A stretch of DNA of 64,000 bases from Basidiobolus meristosporus CBS 931.73 (GCA_002104905.1 MCFE01000382.1:19916-83915), one strand, 5' to 3'. Shown: positions 36,361 to 49,672, counted from the first letter of the stretch. Notes: generated by a model not told the origin, from the letters alone. A program made the numbers and translations.

Positions 36361-39300
36361 CCGTTGACTTGTGGGAATATCCGCAGGAACTTTGAGTGAT
36401 GTTAGAGATTCCTTGATTTGTTCATAATTGCTTTGTATCATATGTCTGAATGAGTATCCAAGAATTGTGTTTTCAAGAAGCGCATTAATCTCATCATCAT
36501 CTGTTGAGTACAGAGAATTTGGTTGCTTTCTAGATAAAGCATCAGGTCCTTTGTGATTGGCTCCTGGTATGTGTTGCAGCGTAAAGTCAAAGATCTGGAT
36601 GTATGATATCAACTGTGCTAGTATAGGATCAGGAAAAAGCTCCAACTTATTTGAAATGCCTAATAATGGCTTGGCATCAACCTCCAGCATGAAGTGTACT
36701 CCTAATAAGTATGGCTTTAGCTTTTGGAGTGCATAGAGTACTCCCAGTGCTTCTTTCTTGATAGATGGATAGTTAAGCTCATTTCCTTTGCATAGTCTAC
36801 TAATATATTTGCAAGGTTGTTGATGATGCATAGTTCTTGGTCCTGATTCTGAATAGACCAGTAAGCCCTAATAGTTGTATGTCTTGATTTATACTGCTTG
36901 GTGTCTTCCAATTTAGTGCTGAGGGAAGTTCTGCAGGATCAGGCAATCTCCCTTTTCAGAAACAAGTCCACCTAAAATGATTGCTTTGTAGTAGCCAAAC
37001 TTGCATTTGGCGCTAGATACAGTCAGACAGAGGCTTGAAGTTTCTTCATGACCCTTTCAACAGTGCAAATGTAATCATAAACATATCTTCTGACTTGAGG
37101 TAAGAAATATGATGTTTCTTTTTCTCTGGACTTATTGTTTACAGCAGTGTCATAAAGAAATGGCTGACATATTTCAGGGAAAGAGTCATCCAAAACCCAA
37201 ATCATTGCATGCTGATAACTTTGCACATACTTAGTCTATCCCTGAGGAATTCTTGGCATTCTTCTGATTCCTATTGGTGTATCTATAGCACTGAAATCTC
37301 TTGAGTCAGGATCCAGAGGTATTTGGTTATATCCAGAATAAAGATCCAATGTTCTAATCAGAAGATATCCAGTAAATGAATCAATTACTCATGTCATATG
37401 GGTGGTTGCATATTATCTTTGATGGTGACCTAATTCAAATGCTGTTCTTCTTGAGTAAGCCATAGACTTCCATTTGTCTTCAACAGTATAAACCAGGGAT
37501 TACCATAAGGTCCATAGCAATACTTAATGACTCCACTTTAAAATCTTGATTGTAGCATTTCAATTACCTTATTTGGTAATTTGAGGGTATAGGATATGAT
37601 CTCAGCGCCCATGGTGCATGTTCAATGTATAGATCTTAACTGGTGGAAATAGCTCTGTGGATATACATCCTATCTGTGCCTCATTAAATGCAAAGACATT
37701 GTCATAGCATTGTAGCATAGTAAAAAAGAGACTTTTCTCCTCAGTAATAAGAGTAGTCCCAATAGCTAACTCCTGGAGCTTCCCTCTGTGAGTTTAATTT
37801 TTTCATATTTGTGCAAAGGCTCCATATGAGGGTTGTTGTGGGCAGATAGTGAGATTCCAGTAGTTACTGACTTTGCTTTCATTGCAACTGGTCTATACTT
37901 GGTATTGGTCTTACTTGTTGTGAATGGAATGAAGTGCTGATCATAAACAAAATACTCTTATGAATCTGAATATGTTGCACTGCAACTAAGTCTGCATTTC
38001 TTGGATTATTCTCTTCTGCTGCACACAAAGTTGCCCTTTTTTTTCAATTGTCAGATTTGATTGTCAGCCATAAGCTTCTATCAGGTCTGTTATCAGCTTG
38101 TAGAAGAGATTTTCTCTCATATGGCTGCCCAACAATACCTCAAAACTGGGTCCATTGGCAACAATGAAAATGGGAGAAGTAGCCCTGATACCTCCAATTT
38201 CAATTGGTACAGGGTTACACAGTCCAAGCATCCTCTCTGCTGCCTCTGTGGCAGTTCTCATATTCCAGTCAACTTCTGTCCCTGGCAATTTGATTTTTTC
38301 AAAAGTCATAACAGTGATGGCATTGATTTCTGATCCAGAATCAAAAACACATCCTACTTCAGCATTGTTTATTGTAGCAGCATAGCATCCTGTTGTAAAA
38401 GAGTAAAAGACTTTTTCAACTTCAAATCATAGCTGTTCACTTAATAATGTTGTTGCAGATTGTTCTTAATAATTAATGAAGATATCCTTACTCAAAGGTT
38501 CAACTATTTCAGGCGGTAGCTGATTGAGATTGTTGATAGTAGTGAACATTTCTTGATTTGTAAGTTGTGAAAATGAAGATTTCCAGAATTTGTCAATATC
38601 TTTCTGCATAAATGTAATAGTGTCATACTTCAATTGAGATTGCAAGTGTTCTTTTTGTATTTTTGATGCTTCTGGCTGTACCAGTATTTCAACAACTGGC
38701 AAACTTTTTTAGTTGGTACACACTTGTTTAGGATTGTTCTCTGCAGAGACATTTTCTCTTATCAATAAGGTAATTCAGCTCCTCAACTTCCTCTTCTTTC
38801 ATTAAACATTCTTGGACCTGCCCCTGTGGGTCTGATATTGTGAGTTTGTAATGTTCATTGCTTGGAATTTCTGCAGTCTTTTTGATTTGTGTGAAACTTG
38901 ATGTAGTAGTCCTATTACATGATACTTCTTGAGCAAGTATGTATAGCCATATTCTGCCATAATCTCTGTTGATAGGTAAAGGGTCTCCAGCAATATTGCA
39001 GATCTTTCCATAGCAATCAATCATAGCTTTATGAATGTCAATATCAATATTCAATATTTGACAACCATGAAGGCTATGTTCAGCAGGTTCAGAGTGTACA
39101 CAATATTTAGTTTGCTGTGGATAATCACTGGTTATTTTGGGATTCTCTGGTCTTGCTTTGTTGATGCTTGATGATGGTACACTTTGAGAGTCCAACTTAT
39201 GCATCAGTTTTCCTAATGCATCAGTTAATTCATTGACCTGATCACTTTGTGGGTTATTTCTCTAATGAAGAATTTGTTTAGCTGGAGTGGAAATCCTCAT

Positions 39301-41308
39301 TTGAATATTAATGGAATCCATAACTTGTCTCCCTGACAAAATATTTAACACCATTTACTCAACATTGTTGTAGGAGCATGTAGCCTGAGCTTAGTGGCTA
39401 ATGGCACTATGTATCTCAGGAGGCATATTGATTAGAAAATATATTTTCTTTGATAAAATCTTCAAATTTAAAAGGCTGCTTCAACATGGTTTGCTTTTAC
39501 TCAAACTTCTGAATGTACTTTTGCAAGGGTTGGGTCTTGTTGTAAGGCTTTTCTAGCTCATTTAGTGTAAAAAACTGTGCTTCCTTTTGGTACTCAGCCA
39601 AAATAGTTTGTTCAGCAGTTTCCCAGAAATAGTTAGCACCAAAGATGTCTTAAATTGATCCATACCTTGTAAGAATCTTGATACTTCAACTTCACGGAGA
39701 AAGGGAAGCAACCGGATTTTGTTCTTATGTGATAGCTCAAGCGCTGTAGCTATATTGTTAAACTCTTCTAGAAACACAGTGACATTTTCTCCTGAGAATC
39801 TTATTGCAATAGCACTTTAAAGAGTGGTTATTAACTCTGGGAGTAGTGTATTAGTCATTTTTGTAACATTTCTTGATGTTGTATAGTGAAAGGCTCAAAC
39901 TACCCAGGTCCTCTACCAAATTCTTGTTGTGTTGTATGATGATTAGTTTGGGGCTTGTTTTATGATGCAGAGGCTAATCAGCAATATACCACAACTTCCA
40001 GTGTGCTAATACCTAAGTAGTTTATTGGGAGTTTGATATACTGATAGAAAATATAACTTTCACCAATATCCTCAATCTTAGATCCAAAATATACTACACG
40101 CAGTGTTTCTAACTTCTGCAGCAGTACTCTGACCGTTTGTTGACTATTGGGCTTATTTACTTTTATGGTAATGTTTCCTTATTTGCGGGTCAGTTTTCCT
40201 TCTGAGAAAATATTTACCAATATGGATGTTCTTAACTCCCACTTAACCTTAAGGGGTCTTTGTGGTAGTTTTCTTGTCGAACTTAGATTGGATTCTTGTG
40301 GGGTGTCTACAAGGGTATCCTTAGAGTAAAGGGGTTTCCTAGAGGGGACTTTTCAGCAGAAAGTGGTAGTTTTCTTGTAGAGCTTAGATTGGATTCTTGT
40401 GAGCTTTGCAGTCTCTTTACTGATGTAGTACCAATCAAAGTAGGAATACCTAACAGTGCAAGAGATGCAGGGGAAGCTTTATAGCCTTTAAATTTGTAAT
40501 TATACTGTGGAGAATCTGGAAAGAGAGGCTTTCTTTTATTTTCCAGCTGGGGAAGTCATATATATGAAAGTTCTGAAGGTTCAAAGTTTCTGGGCCATTG
40601 CTTAAGCAATACATGTGATACAAAGCTAACATTTGCAGTGGTGCAGATTGGACATAGGTGCAGCACCTGTGAAGTTTCATGTGATTTGATAGGCTGGTTC
40701 AAAAGTCTCACACAATTGAAGTCACCATAGTAATCCTAGCAATAGCGGCCTAGTATATATGATAATTGGACTCTTTTGATCATAACTCCTAAAGTACTAC
40801 TTCAAATGAGCTGTAATTTGAAACATGTGTTGGCTACTGAGTGTTCTGCATGAAGTAATATTATTGGGTAGATTGCATGCTGTGAGTACTCAATGTAGTA
40901 CCCACTCTTCGCCCAAGAGTTCTCCCAAGAGTTCCCTCCAGAGTCCTACCCAAAGTCCTCCAGTACCCTCCCTATGATTCCCCCATGCATCCTCCCCTCC
41001 TATCCCTGCCCTTATCTAGTTAAAACACTTACCATAACAGGAAGGTGTTCACACCCCTATTTTATAACACATTGTCTATTGTCTAAGCCCCCCCAAGTGA
41101 TATATATATCTACCCAATTGAACCAGGAAAAACAACAAGATTTGGACAAAATAAACAGAAGTCTTTATTACCTTGCTACCTTCTATCGGAAGCTATTCTG
41201 AACCAAGTGGTACTGACTTGACCTACAAGCTCTCCCACTCATCAAGTACAGTCAGTAATAACCCACATATTTGGTGCCGTCTCTGCAGAAATAAGCACAA
41301 GTGAGGTA

Positions 41309-42181
41309 ATGACTACTACAATCAAACTAAAAACATACAAGGGAAAGAGAGAGAAAGCCCTTGAGTGGTTTGATAAGTTTGAGAGAGTTGCGGTTGATGC
41401 AGGATGGGACGACAATAAGAAAGTAAGAGAGTTTGCAAGACATATGGAAGGGTCAGCATGGCGATGGCATTATGGGTTGGAAGACGCAGTCAAAGACGAC
41501 TGGGATGCACTAGAAGAAGCCTACAAGACACGCTTTCTATATGCCGAAGGATACCACTACGAAGCCCTTCTACTGTCCTCGCGGAAGAAAAGCAATGAAA
41601 GCTATGAAGCCTACACTGAACTGTTTCTCCAACAAGTTTGATGTCTCCCGAAGGACGAAATCGCCGAACGACAGCTCATGAGGTATTACATCATGGGCTT
41701 AGACGACGAAATAAGACGTAGGGTGTCCGAAGAACAACAGGGATGTAAAACGTTGCAAGAGTTGGTCAAACAAGTACGAGGGGTCATCTTGCTATGGGGG
41801 CTACCCTATAGTGATACGAATGATCGAAGGACAGGGATCCCCCGTAAGAAAGGAAAAATCGCCTCCCCGAAAGACCGTTAATTAGAGGAATTACGGCGAA
41901 AGGTCCAAGAACTCTCAATCAACAATGTCCAAGAAGTCCCCAAAGAAGGTGATAAACTCTGGGAAGCTGTTGTAGATCTAAAGGCCCAGGTTCAAGTCCT
42001 GACCCAACAGATGGAACGACCGCGACAACAGTATCCGTGTTATGTGTGTGGAGAAGTAGGTCACCAGGCCCATGAATGTGAAAAACGGTACGGAAGAGAA
42101 GCCGTATTGGACACAAAAGAGAAGAAGGCGTCAAAAGACAGAGTCCCTCGCCTGGAGGCCAACGGGACTCAGTCAATCTAA
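41309..42181 (+). pseudogene. gypsy gag
   Basis: Retrotrans_gag-like region (HMEGSAWRWH...WDALEEAYKTRF) and a CYVCGEVGHQAHEC knuckle. Two in-frame stops. Confidence 0.9.
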
Positions 42182-45100
42182 GCCCTCCGGTCAGGACAAT
42201 TGAAGTGCGGAAGAAGAAGCGTCGACATGATGCTTCTAGAGAGGAGGCAAAGGAACCTGTAGTAGAGGTTCTGTCAAAAGGAATGAGCGCAGAATTAGGT
42301 GAAGAAGTATGGAATGAACCTTGGGAAGAAGTGTTAAAGCAAACAAAGAACGCTAGCACGTCTTCCCATGGCCTATTCCCCATGATGAAGGTACTAGAGC
42401 AAACCAAGGCAACCCTCCCAATAACCAATTTACTGGGACTGGCCCCGGCTCTAGTCAAGGAACTGATAGAGGGATTGAAGGAGATAACGACCCTCCATGT
42501 CAACCAGACGGTCCTGCAAAAACCAAATAAAGGTACATACGTAAAGGTACGTATAGAGAATAAGGAGATTCTTGCCCTTATCAACACAGGATCCTCTACG
42601 TTGATCATGTCAGAGTCATTAGCAAAACGTCTAAAACTAAATATAGTCCCCAACAACACCATTTGAGTACGGCTAGCGAATGACCATCTGGATACAACAG
42701 TAGGTGTGGTGCCTAATTGCCCCATTTGGCTAGGCAACTTGATAATACGCCAAGATGTTGTGGTCCTACCCGTCGCAGCCAACAACTTACTCATTGGCAA
42801 GAGTTGGTTTATCCAACATAAGATGGATATACTTTACAGTGCATCTGAACTCAGGTGGGATACTGAGAGTATCCCACTGATTCATATCACCAATGAGAGC
42901 AAGGCGCGTAGCAACAGTGTGACAATTGAAGAGGTGAAACCGTCGCAGTCTCCAATCATCACACGAAAGGTGATAAAAATACCACCCGCCAGTGAGACGG
43001 TGATCTCATTAGAAACACCAATAGCTTATTCAACGAGCGGAAGAATGATAACCGCAGCAAAAGCATCCGAGCAACTGGAAGGAATCTCGATCCCTAAAGT
43101 ATGGATACCACCAAAATTTGAAACGCAAAGCCTGAAATGCTTAGTGGTTAACAACTGGCGACACACGGTGACATTGCCTAGAGGAGTGCCATTGTTAAAC
43201 TTAGAGGAAGTCGACGGAAACAACCAAGGACCACCTCCAAACAAAGAACCAGAAGAAGAACTCCCCAAACTAGATGTGGACCCCGGTCTACCGCCTATGT
43301 TACAAGACAAATTCCTAGAAGGAATACGTCTGCTTGCCCGAGTATTCTCTAAGAACCATGTAATTGGTCATATACCTGGGGTATATCACCAAATCCACCT
43401 TGCCGACAAATACCCCATCAAGCAAAAAGCCTATAGGAATTTGAAAATTGACACAGACTATATCAAAGAGACAATTGAAACTTTATTAAAAGACAACATC
43501 ATTACAGAGAGCCAGTCTCCGTGGGCCTCCCCCGTAGTGATAGTCCCAAAGAAAGACGGAAAGCGACGCTTTTGCATTGACTACCGGAAATTGAACGCCG
43601 TCACCCGGAAGGACGTGTATCTGCTACCGCAAATAGACGACCTCTTGGACAGATTAATTGGAGCTAAATATTTTAGCTCTCTTGACTTAATCTCTGGGTT
43701 TTGGCAAGTAGAAGTAGCCCCGGAAGATCAACCCAAAACCGCTTTTATAACATTGTTTGGATTATACAAATGGAGCCGACTACCCTTTGGCTTGTGCAAT
43801 GCCCCCGCTACGTTCCAAAGGATGATCGACAAGGTGCTAGGAAATCTACAATGGGAATGCGCCCTTGTGTATCTGGACGACATCACGATATATTCCCCCG
43901 ATGTAGAAGAACATATACACAACATGCAACGTATCCTGACATCCCTCCTTGAGAACCAACTCAAACTACATCCCAAGAAGTGCCATTTCCTGTATACAAA
44001 ATTGTTGTTCCTGGGCCACAAGATCTCGGCAGATGGAATATACCCATCTACGTCACTCCTGAAAGCCGTTCAAAATGCACCTGCACCAAAGGACATTAAT
44101 GCAGTGTTGGGATTCCTAGGATTAGCCGGCTACTATTGCCGCTTTGTCAAAAACTTTGCAACAATTGCAGCCCCCCTATACAAATTGACGCGAAAGGGCC
44201 AGTGTTTTGTATGGTCGGAGCCTCAAAAGAGAGCATTCAATCAGCTGAAACATTCCCTGACGTCACCGCCAGTGTTACGATTTCCCAATTGGGATGCGAG
44301 ATTTTTTATTAACTGTGATGGAAGCCTCACCAGTATAGGCGCCGTACTGGGACAATACCACCAACCCGGCGAATTCCACCCGATCGGTTACGTGAGCCGT
44401 TCGCTAAACAAACACAAACGCCACTACCCCGTTACTGAGATAGAATGTCTGGCTGTTGTTTATTCAATTAAACAATTCCATACATACATACATGGTCGCC
44501 AATTCACGATAGTAACGGACCACAGCGCACTGGTCTAGCTGATGAAAACTAAAGACTTTACCGGCTGACTAGCACGTTGGGCCCTACGACTACAGCAATA
44601 CAACTTTGAAATAATTCACCGCGCTGGCAAGAAACACCAGGACGCAGACTTCCTCAGTCGCTATCCCGTTTGCCAAATACGTGTCAGTGATGAGTACGAG
44701 GACGTAATCTGCTTTAAAAAGAAAGGGAGGTATCCCAAACACGTTGTTACAAACAAACAGAAGAGAGAATTTTGAAGGAAATGGTGTCAGTACAAAGTAC
44801 AAGAAAATCGACTATGGTTCCTCCAAGGACAGTCCAGAGCCAAGGTACCCCCACTAGCAGCCTGTGAAGAAATCATACAAGAAAGACATATGTCATTAGA
44901 ACACGCTAACCCCCTAACAACATATAAGATGTTAAGAAAAACGTTTTATTGGCGAAAAATGATGACCGACGTTACAAATACGTTACAAAGATGCACCACT
45001 TGCGAAAGATTCAACCGGAGTCAGAAGATAGGGACAACCGCACCAATACCGGTTGACCTGCCCTTCCACCAAGTAGGGATCAACTTTGTTGGCCCCTTTA

Positions 45101-46528
45101 TGAAAACAAAGAAAGGAGAACAATACATAATAATCGCTACCAATTATTTCTCAAAGTGGGTAGAAGCCCAAGCCGTCCGCAATAAAGATCAGAAGACAAC
45201 CGCCCGATTCATTCTAGAACACCTCATCTGCCGACATGGATATCCTCAGATACTCCTGTCCGACAACGGTGTGGTGGTGTAGAGGTACTCCTGGGAGAAG
45301 CTACACAACTCAAGGTGTGTGAGGTGTCTGATGCGTGCAAAAGCCTCTGTGTCTAAACTGCTGGTGCCTTTGTCAATATGTCACTATGGTAAAAGCTCCT
45401 GCTTCTCTAGCTTCCTAGGTGCTCCAAGTGTCTCCAAAGGCCTCTGTGTGTCTTGTGCACTACCCTGAAAAGCTCCTTGATGGCAGGTCTGAGATGTACT
45501 GTTGAAGGCAGGTGCAGTGATCAACTGCTAATCAATAAGGTAGAAGTGTTACTGATAGAGGGATGATTTATTGATGAGGGATTCCTTTCCCTTAAATACT
45601 TTTCCTGATTGCCAAGTGATTACTAATGACAAGGTTCTAGAAGATTCTAGGTATCAGTGGAATTCTTGATGACATCACTATGAGCTAAAAATATGCCAAG
45701 AATGTCCTGGAAGGTTCTAAAAGGCACAGCACTCTCAACCAATCAGGAATCAGTAGTCTGAAACCTGTGCAACATAGAAATACTATATATGGTATTGAAA
45801 TGGTAGGGATGGTAACACAGACCTAGGTCATGTGTCACAGGTACTGACGCGGATACTTGCCTTATATAGATACATCTACTGATCACAAAGCTGAGTAACA
45901 TCTGGGATAACTAATGCTAATAACTAATCAGGGTAAACATCATTTGGGGATAATACTGATAATATGGGCAAAAGAAGAATGGGATAATACTGATAAGATA
46001 AAATATGGATAAGTATATCATAATGACTATATGAATAAACTTGTCTGTGGGAGGTATGTTTACCCTACCACATCCACCCCTCACTTGAGCTAAAAAGTTT
46101 CAGGGAACTTTTTAGCTAACCACTGTAAGTTTGGAGAACAAAGTGCTCTCTCAGTCTTCCTCAATGAAGCCACCTGTCCTTTCTTGAGATAGAAATCTAC
46201 ATGATGTCATTGATTGGATATTGTTTGAGTCCACACCACAGAAGGTTGCTGTTAGTCCTGGGCTCTCTGAGTATATGGTATACCATGCTGAACCATCTGG
46301 GTAGTTCACTGCAGTTGCTCTTGCTTTTACCTCCCATGGTCTTCCAAGAAGTAATTCAAAGTTAGCCTTTGCACAAATGAATACTGGGATCTCATGGGGT
46401 ATTCCTTCAATGATGAGAGGGAAGCTGTGAATAATTCCTAAAAGCTTTGATTGCCCTGAGTTGGCATCCTTCATGCTCCAATTGATATTGGTGTCTATGG
46501 GCAATAGGTCTTTGCATGGTAGTTGTTT

Positions 46529-48007
46529 CTAAGCCTCCAAAGGCATCACACATATCTCAGATCCACTGTCTATATGACATAGGATTTCTTGATTATGCAC
46601 AGTTCCTGTAGTTGTTGCAGTTGCCACTGAGTAGTAGTGTTTCTGGCTTTGATGCAGCTCACTGATATCTTGGCTTCCTTGAACTGTCTGGACCTGGTTG
46701 CCTTGAGTTGCTTCAATTGGATGCTTTCTTATTCTGATATGCTCATCCAGAGTCTTTCTTACAGATGGTGATACACTGAGTAGCTCTCCAACCTTGATTG
46801 ATATGTTGCTTCCTAGTATATGACTTGTCAGAGCCTCTGGGGTACCATTTTGCTTGACTCTAGGCTGCATGTGGTAGTTGTTGGCCTTGGCAGACTCTTG
46901 CAAAATTAATGGGGGTGATGCTTTCTTCTCAATCACAACTTCTGGCTCACATCTTGGTACTTTTGTTGCTGGGCCTGGATTAGCCATTTTTTCAGGATGG
47001 TGTCTCTTTGAAGCATAAATTGAAGCTATATGATCTTGGGCCTCTCTGGGGTCCTCATAGTCAAAGTTCAGAACTTCAGCTGGATCAAAGTAGTCAGGAT
47101 CTTCTTCTTCATGGAGGTGAACCTTTCTTATATGAGAGGTGACTTGCTTGTAGTGAACTCTCATTCCTCCTTGTCCAAATGCTGTGGATAATTTGTCACC
47201 ATGCTTACTGACTATGTATCCCTGAGGACTATATAGGACATCACCTGTGGATAGTAATGACTGAAGCTCTTGACAATTTCTCTTGGAATGGTTGGCAGAG
47301 TCGCACCACATGCATGTATATTTGACTTCTTTCTCTACTGGCTTCTGACTATATACTTTGCTGGCAAGTAGCAAAGAGAGTTTCTCTAGTTGCTGTGTCA
47401 GCTCCTGAATTTGAGTGCTTTGATTGCTGGGATTAAGTATGTCTTGGCTATCTTGGATTTGTTCTGGGCTTGAAAGAAGCTTTCTGATTGGTGAGGTTTC
47501 TTCAGGGGCAAATAGAATCTGCTTAGCTAACTGAAATGCAGGCAGTGAACTCATAGCTTTCACAGTAGGATTGTTTTCAATCCTTCTCACCAGGTCTTCT
47601 GGTAGTGCTCTGAGAAGATAGGCAGATAAAGTGAGATCAGTTATAACTCCTTGGGCTTTCAGTGACTCTCCAATTTGCTCAAGGCCACTCAGGTATTCTT
47701 TCAATGGTAGCAGCTTAAACTTGCAATAAGCAAAGTTCTCCAAGTCTTGAAGTGTGTAGTCAACTTGTCTCTCTCCATATTCATCAATCAAGTAGCTCTT
47801 CAAGAGGGTCCAATTTGTCAGCAGATCATTTCTCTCATATAATGAGAGCATGATCTCATCAGTGCTGTAGGGGGGCATCTCTTCAGCCATAATGGCCTCA
47901 GGTATTTTGTGGGCTCTGCAGAAAAGCTCCCACCTCTTGATGAAAGCTTTGACTTTAGTTCCATCAAAGAAAGGGGTTCCTTGCATTCCTGGTAAAGGTA
48001 GATCCAT
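46529..48007 (-). CDS. Gag (492 aa, DUF4100-like, CMWCDSANHSKRNC knuckle) running into an aspartic protease (CHIDSGSEICVM)
   Basis: Intact long ORF. After a single TAG (probably ex-TGG) the same frame continues through 46151 with the protease flap and C-terminus (NFELLLGRPW). Confidence 0.85.
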   Translation of the reverse strand: MDLPLPGMQGTPFFDGTKVKAFIKRWELFCRAHKIPEAIMAEEMPPYSTDEIMLSLYERNDLLTNWTLLKSYLIDEYGERQVDYTLQDLENFAYCKFKLLPLKEYLSGLEQIGESLKAQGVITDLTLSAYLLRALPEDLVRRIENNPTVKAMSSLPAFQLAKQILFAPEETSPIRKLLSSPEQIQDSQDILNPSNQSTQIQELTQQLEKLSLLLASKVYSQKPVEKEVKYTCMWCDSANHSKRNCQELQSLLSTGDVLYSPQGYIVSKHGDKLSTAFGQGGMRVHYKQVTSHIRKVHLHEEEDPDYFDPAEVLNFDYEDPREAQDHIASIYASKRHHPEKMANPGPATKVPRCEPEVVIEKKASPPLILQESAKANNYHMQPRVKQNGTPEALTSHILGSNISIKVGELLSVSPSVRKTLDEHIRIRKHPIEATQGNQVQTVQGSQDISELHQSQKHYYSVATATTTGTVHNQEILCHIDSGSEICVMPLEA

Positions 48008-48060
48008 GGTCTTGATAATTTGTTCTTTCTTAAGTCTTCTAGGGGCAGTTCAGTCAAACC

Positions 48061-48077
48061 CCCCACGTTGGGTGCCA
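48061..48077 (-). promoter_or_regulatory. Primer-binding site, tRNA-Lys(CUU)-like
   Basis: TGGCACCCAACGTGGGG matches the Lys1,2-type PBS TGGCGCCCAACGTGGGG apart from one CpG-to-CpA change. Confidence 0.8.
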
Positions 48078-49672
48078 AATATGTGGTGGTGTAGAGGTAC
48101 TCCTGGGAGAAGCTACACAACTCAAGGTGTGTGAGGTGTCTGATGCGTGCAAAAGCCTCTGTGTCTAAACTGCTGGTGCCTTTGTCAATATGTCACTATG
48201 GTAAAAGCTCCTGCTTCTCTAGCTTCCTAGGTGCTCCAAGTGTCTCCAAAGGCCTCTGTGTGTCTTGTGCACTACCCTGAAAAGCTCCTTGATGGCAGGT
48301 CTGAGATGTACTGTTGAAGGCAGGTGCAGTGATCAACTGCTAATCAATAAGGTAGAAGTGTTACTGATAGAGGGATGATTTATTGATGAGGGATTCCTTT
48401 CCCTTAAATACTTTTCCTGATTGCCAAGTGATTACTAATGACAAGGTTCTAGAAGATTCTAGGTATCAGTGGAATTCTTGATGACATCACTATGAGCTAA
48501 AAATATGCCAAGAATGTCCTGGAAGGTTCTAAAAGGCACAGCACTCTCAACCAATCAGGAATCAGTAGTCTGAAACCTGTGCAACATAGAAATACTATAT
48601 ATGGTATTGAAATGGTAGGGATGGTAACACAGACCTAGGTCATGTGTCACAGGTACTGACGCGGATACTTGCCTTATATAGATACATCTACTGATCACAA
48701 AGCTGAGTAACATCTGGGATAACTAATGCTAATAACTAATCAGGGTAAACATCATTTGGGGATAATACTGATAATATGGGCAAAAGAAGAATGGGATAAT
48801 ACTGATAAGATAAAATATGGATAAGTATATCATAATGACTATATGAATAAACTTGTCTGTGGGAGGTATGTTTACCCTACCACAACGGTGGTTCCTTCCT
48901 GAACGACACCGTGGCCCACCTGTGCAAAATGATGGGCATGAAACAAGTCTTCACGGCCGCGTATCACCCCCAGACTAACGGATTAACCGAGAGGATGAAC
49001 CAGACGTGTTGCCGCATACTGGAGAAGCTTCACTGGGAACTTCCCCAATCATGGGCCAAGCTGCTCCCACTGACACTCCTAGCAATGCGCACCACACCAA
49101 ATAAAACAACGGGTTTCTCCCCATATGAAATCCTATATGGATGAAGACCCAAGTGGCGGGAGGAAGCTGGATTGACGATGGAAGGTGTCCCCCTGACAAC
49201 ACATAACGACTATATAGAAAGGTTGATACACCGTATCGCCCACCTATACATAAAAGTATTCAAAAATGTCGACAAGCACCTTCCCCCTCCACCCAAAAAT
49301 GAGAAACTAACAAGACAAAAGTGGAAACCAGGCGATAAGGTGTGGTACAACCAAACCGTTGCAGGCCTCAAGTTCCGCCCACGATTTACACCCCGATGGA
49401 TTGGCCCATGCACCGTTATCAGTTTGGACCACGGACCAAAGTACACCTTCACCCTGAATAATAAGACAATCAGCAACGTAGCGCCAGCCCATCTGAAACC
49501 GTTACATGATGATCCACCGATCATCACTGAGACCAAAGTGTGATTAAACAATTATCAGGACAAGGATAGAGGAAGACACGGGATACATTCGAAGTTTATT
49601 AGAGGAGATTTTAGTCAATATAGGTACAAATAATATGCACGAGGGAGTTCGCCCAAAGGGGAGAACAAAAGA

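Larger units (their letters stand above)
45270..48884 (-). mobile_element. Young non-autonomous gag-protease-only LTR retrotransposon (family A)
   Basis: 803-bp LTRs at 45270-46072 and 48082-48884, with no difference found by eye. TGTGG..CCACA ends. TSD ACGG at 45266-45269 and 48885-48888. PBS TGGCACCCAACGTGGGG at 48077-48061. PPT AGTGAGGGGTGGA at 46085-46073. No RT, RH or IN. Confidence 0.95.
42205..49543 (+). pseudogene. gypsy pol (PR-RT-RH-IN), in the -1 frame relative to gag, interrupted by 45270-48884
   Basis: LALINTGSS (PR); RFCIDYRKLN and VYLDDI (RT); CDGSLTSIGAVL and TDHSAL (RH); GINFVGP, ILLSDNG|GSF and AYHPQTNGLTER (IN); GPY/F-like PRWIGP. Confidence 0.93.

Noticed and set aside
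41919-42800. 293-aa antisense ORF over the gypsy gag-pol junction
   Set aside because: It fully overlaps gag and pol and has no recognisable features. It is probably a shadow, though this cannot be excluded without comparing other copies.
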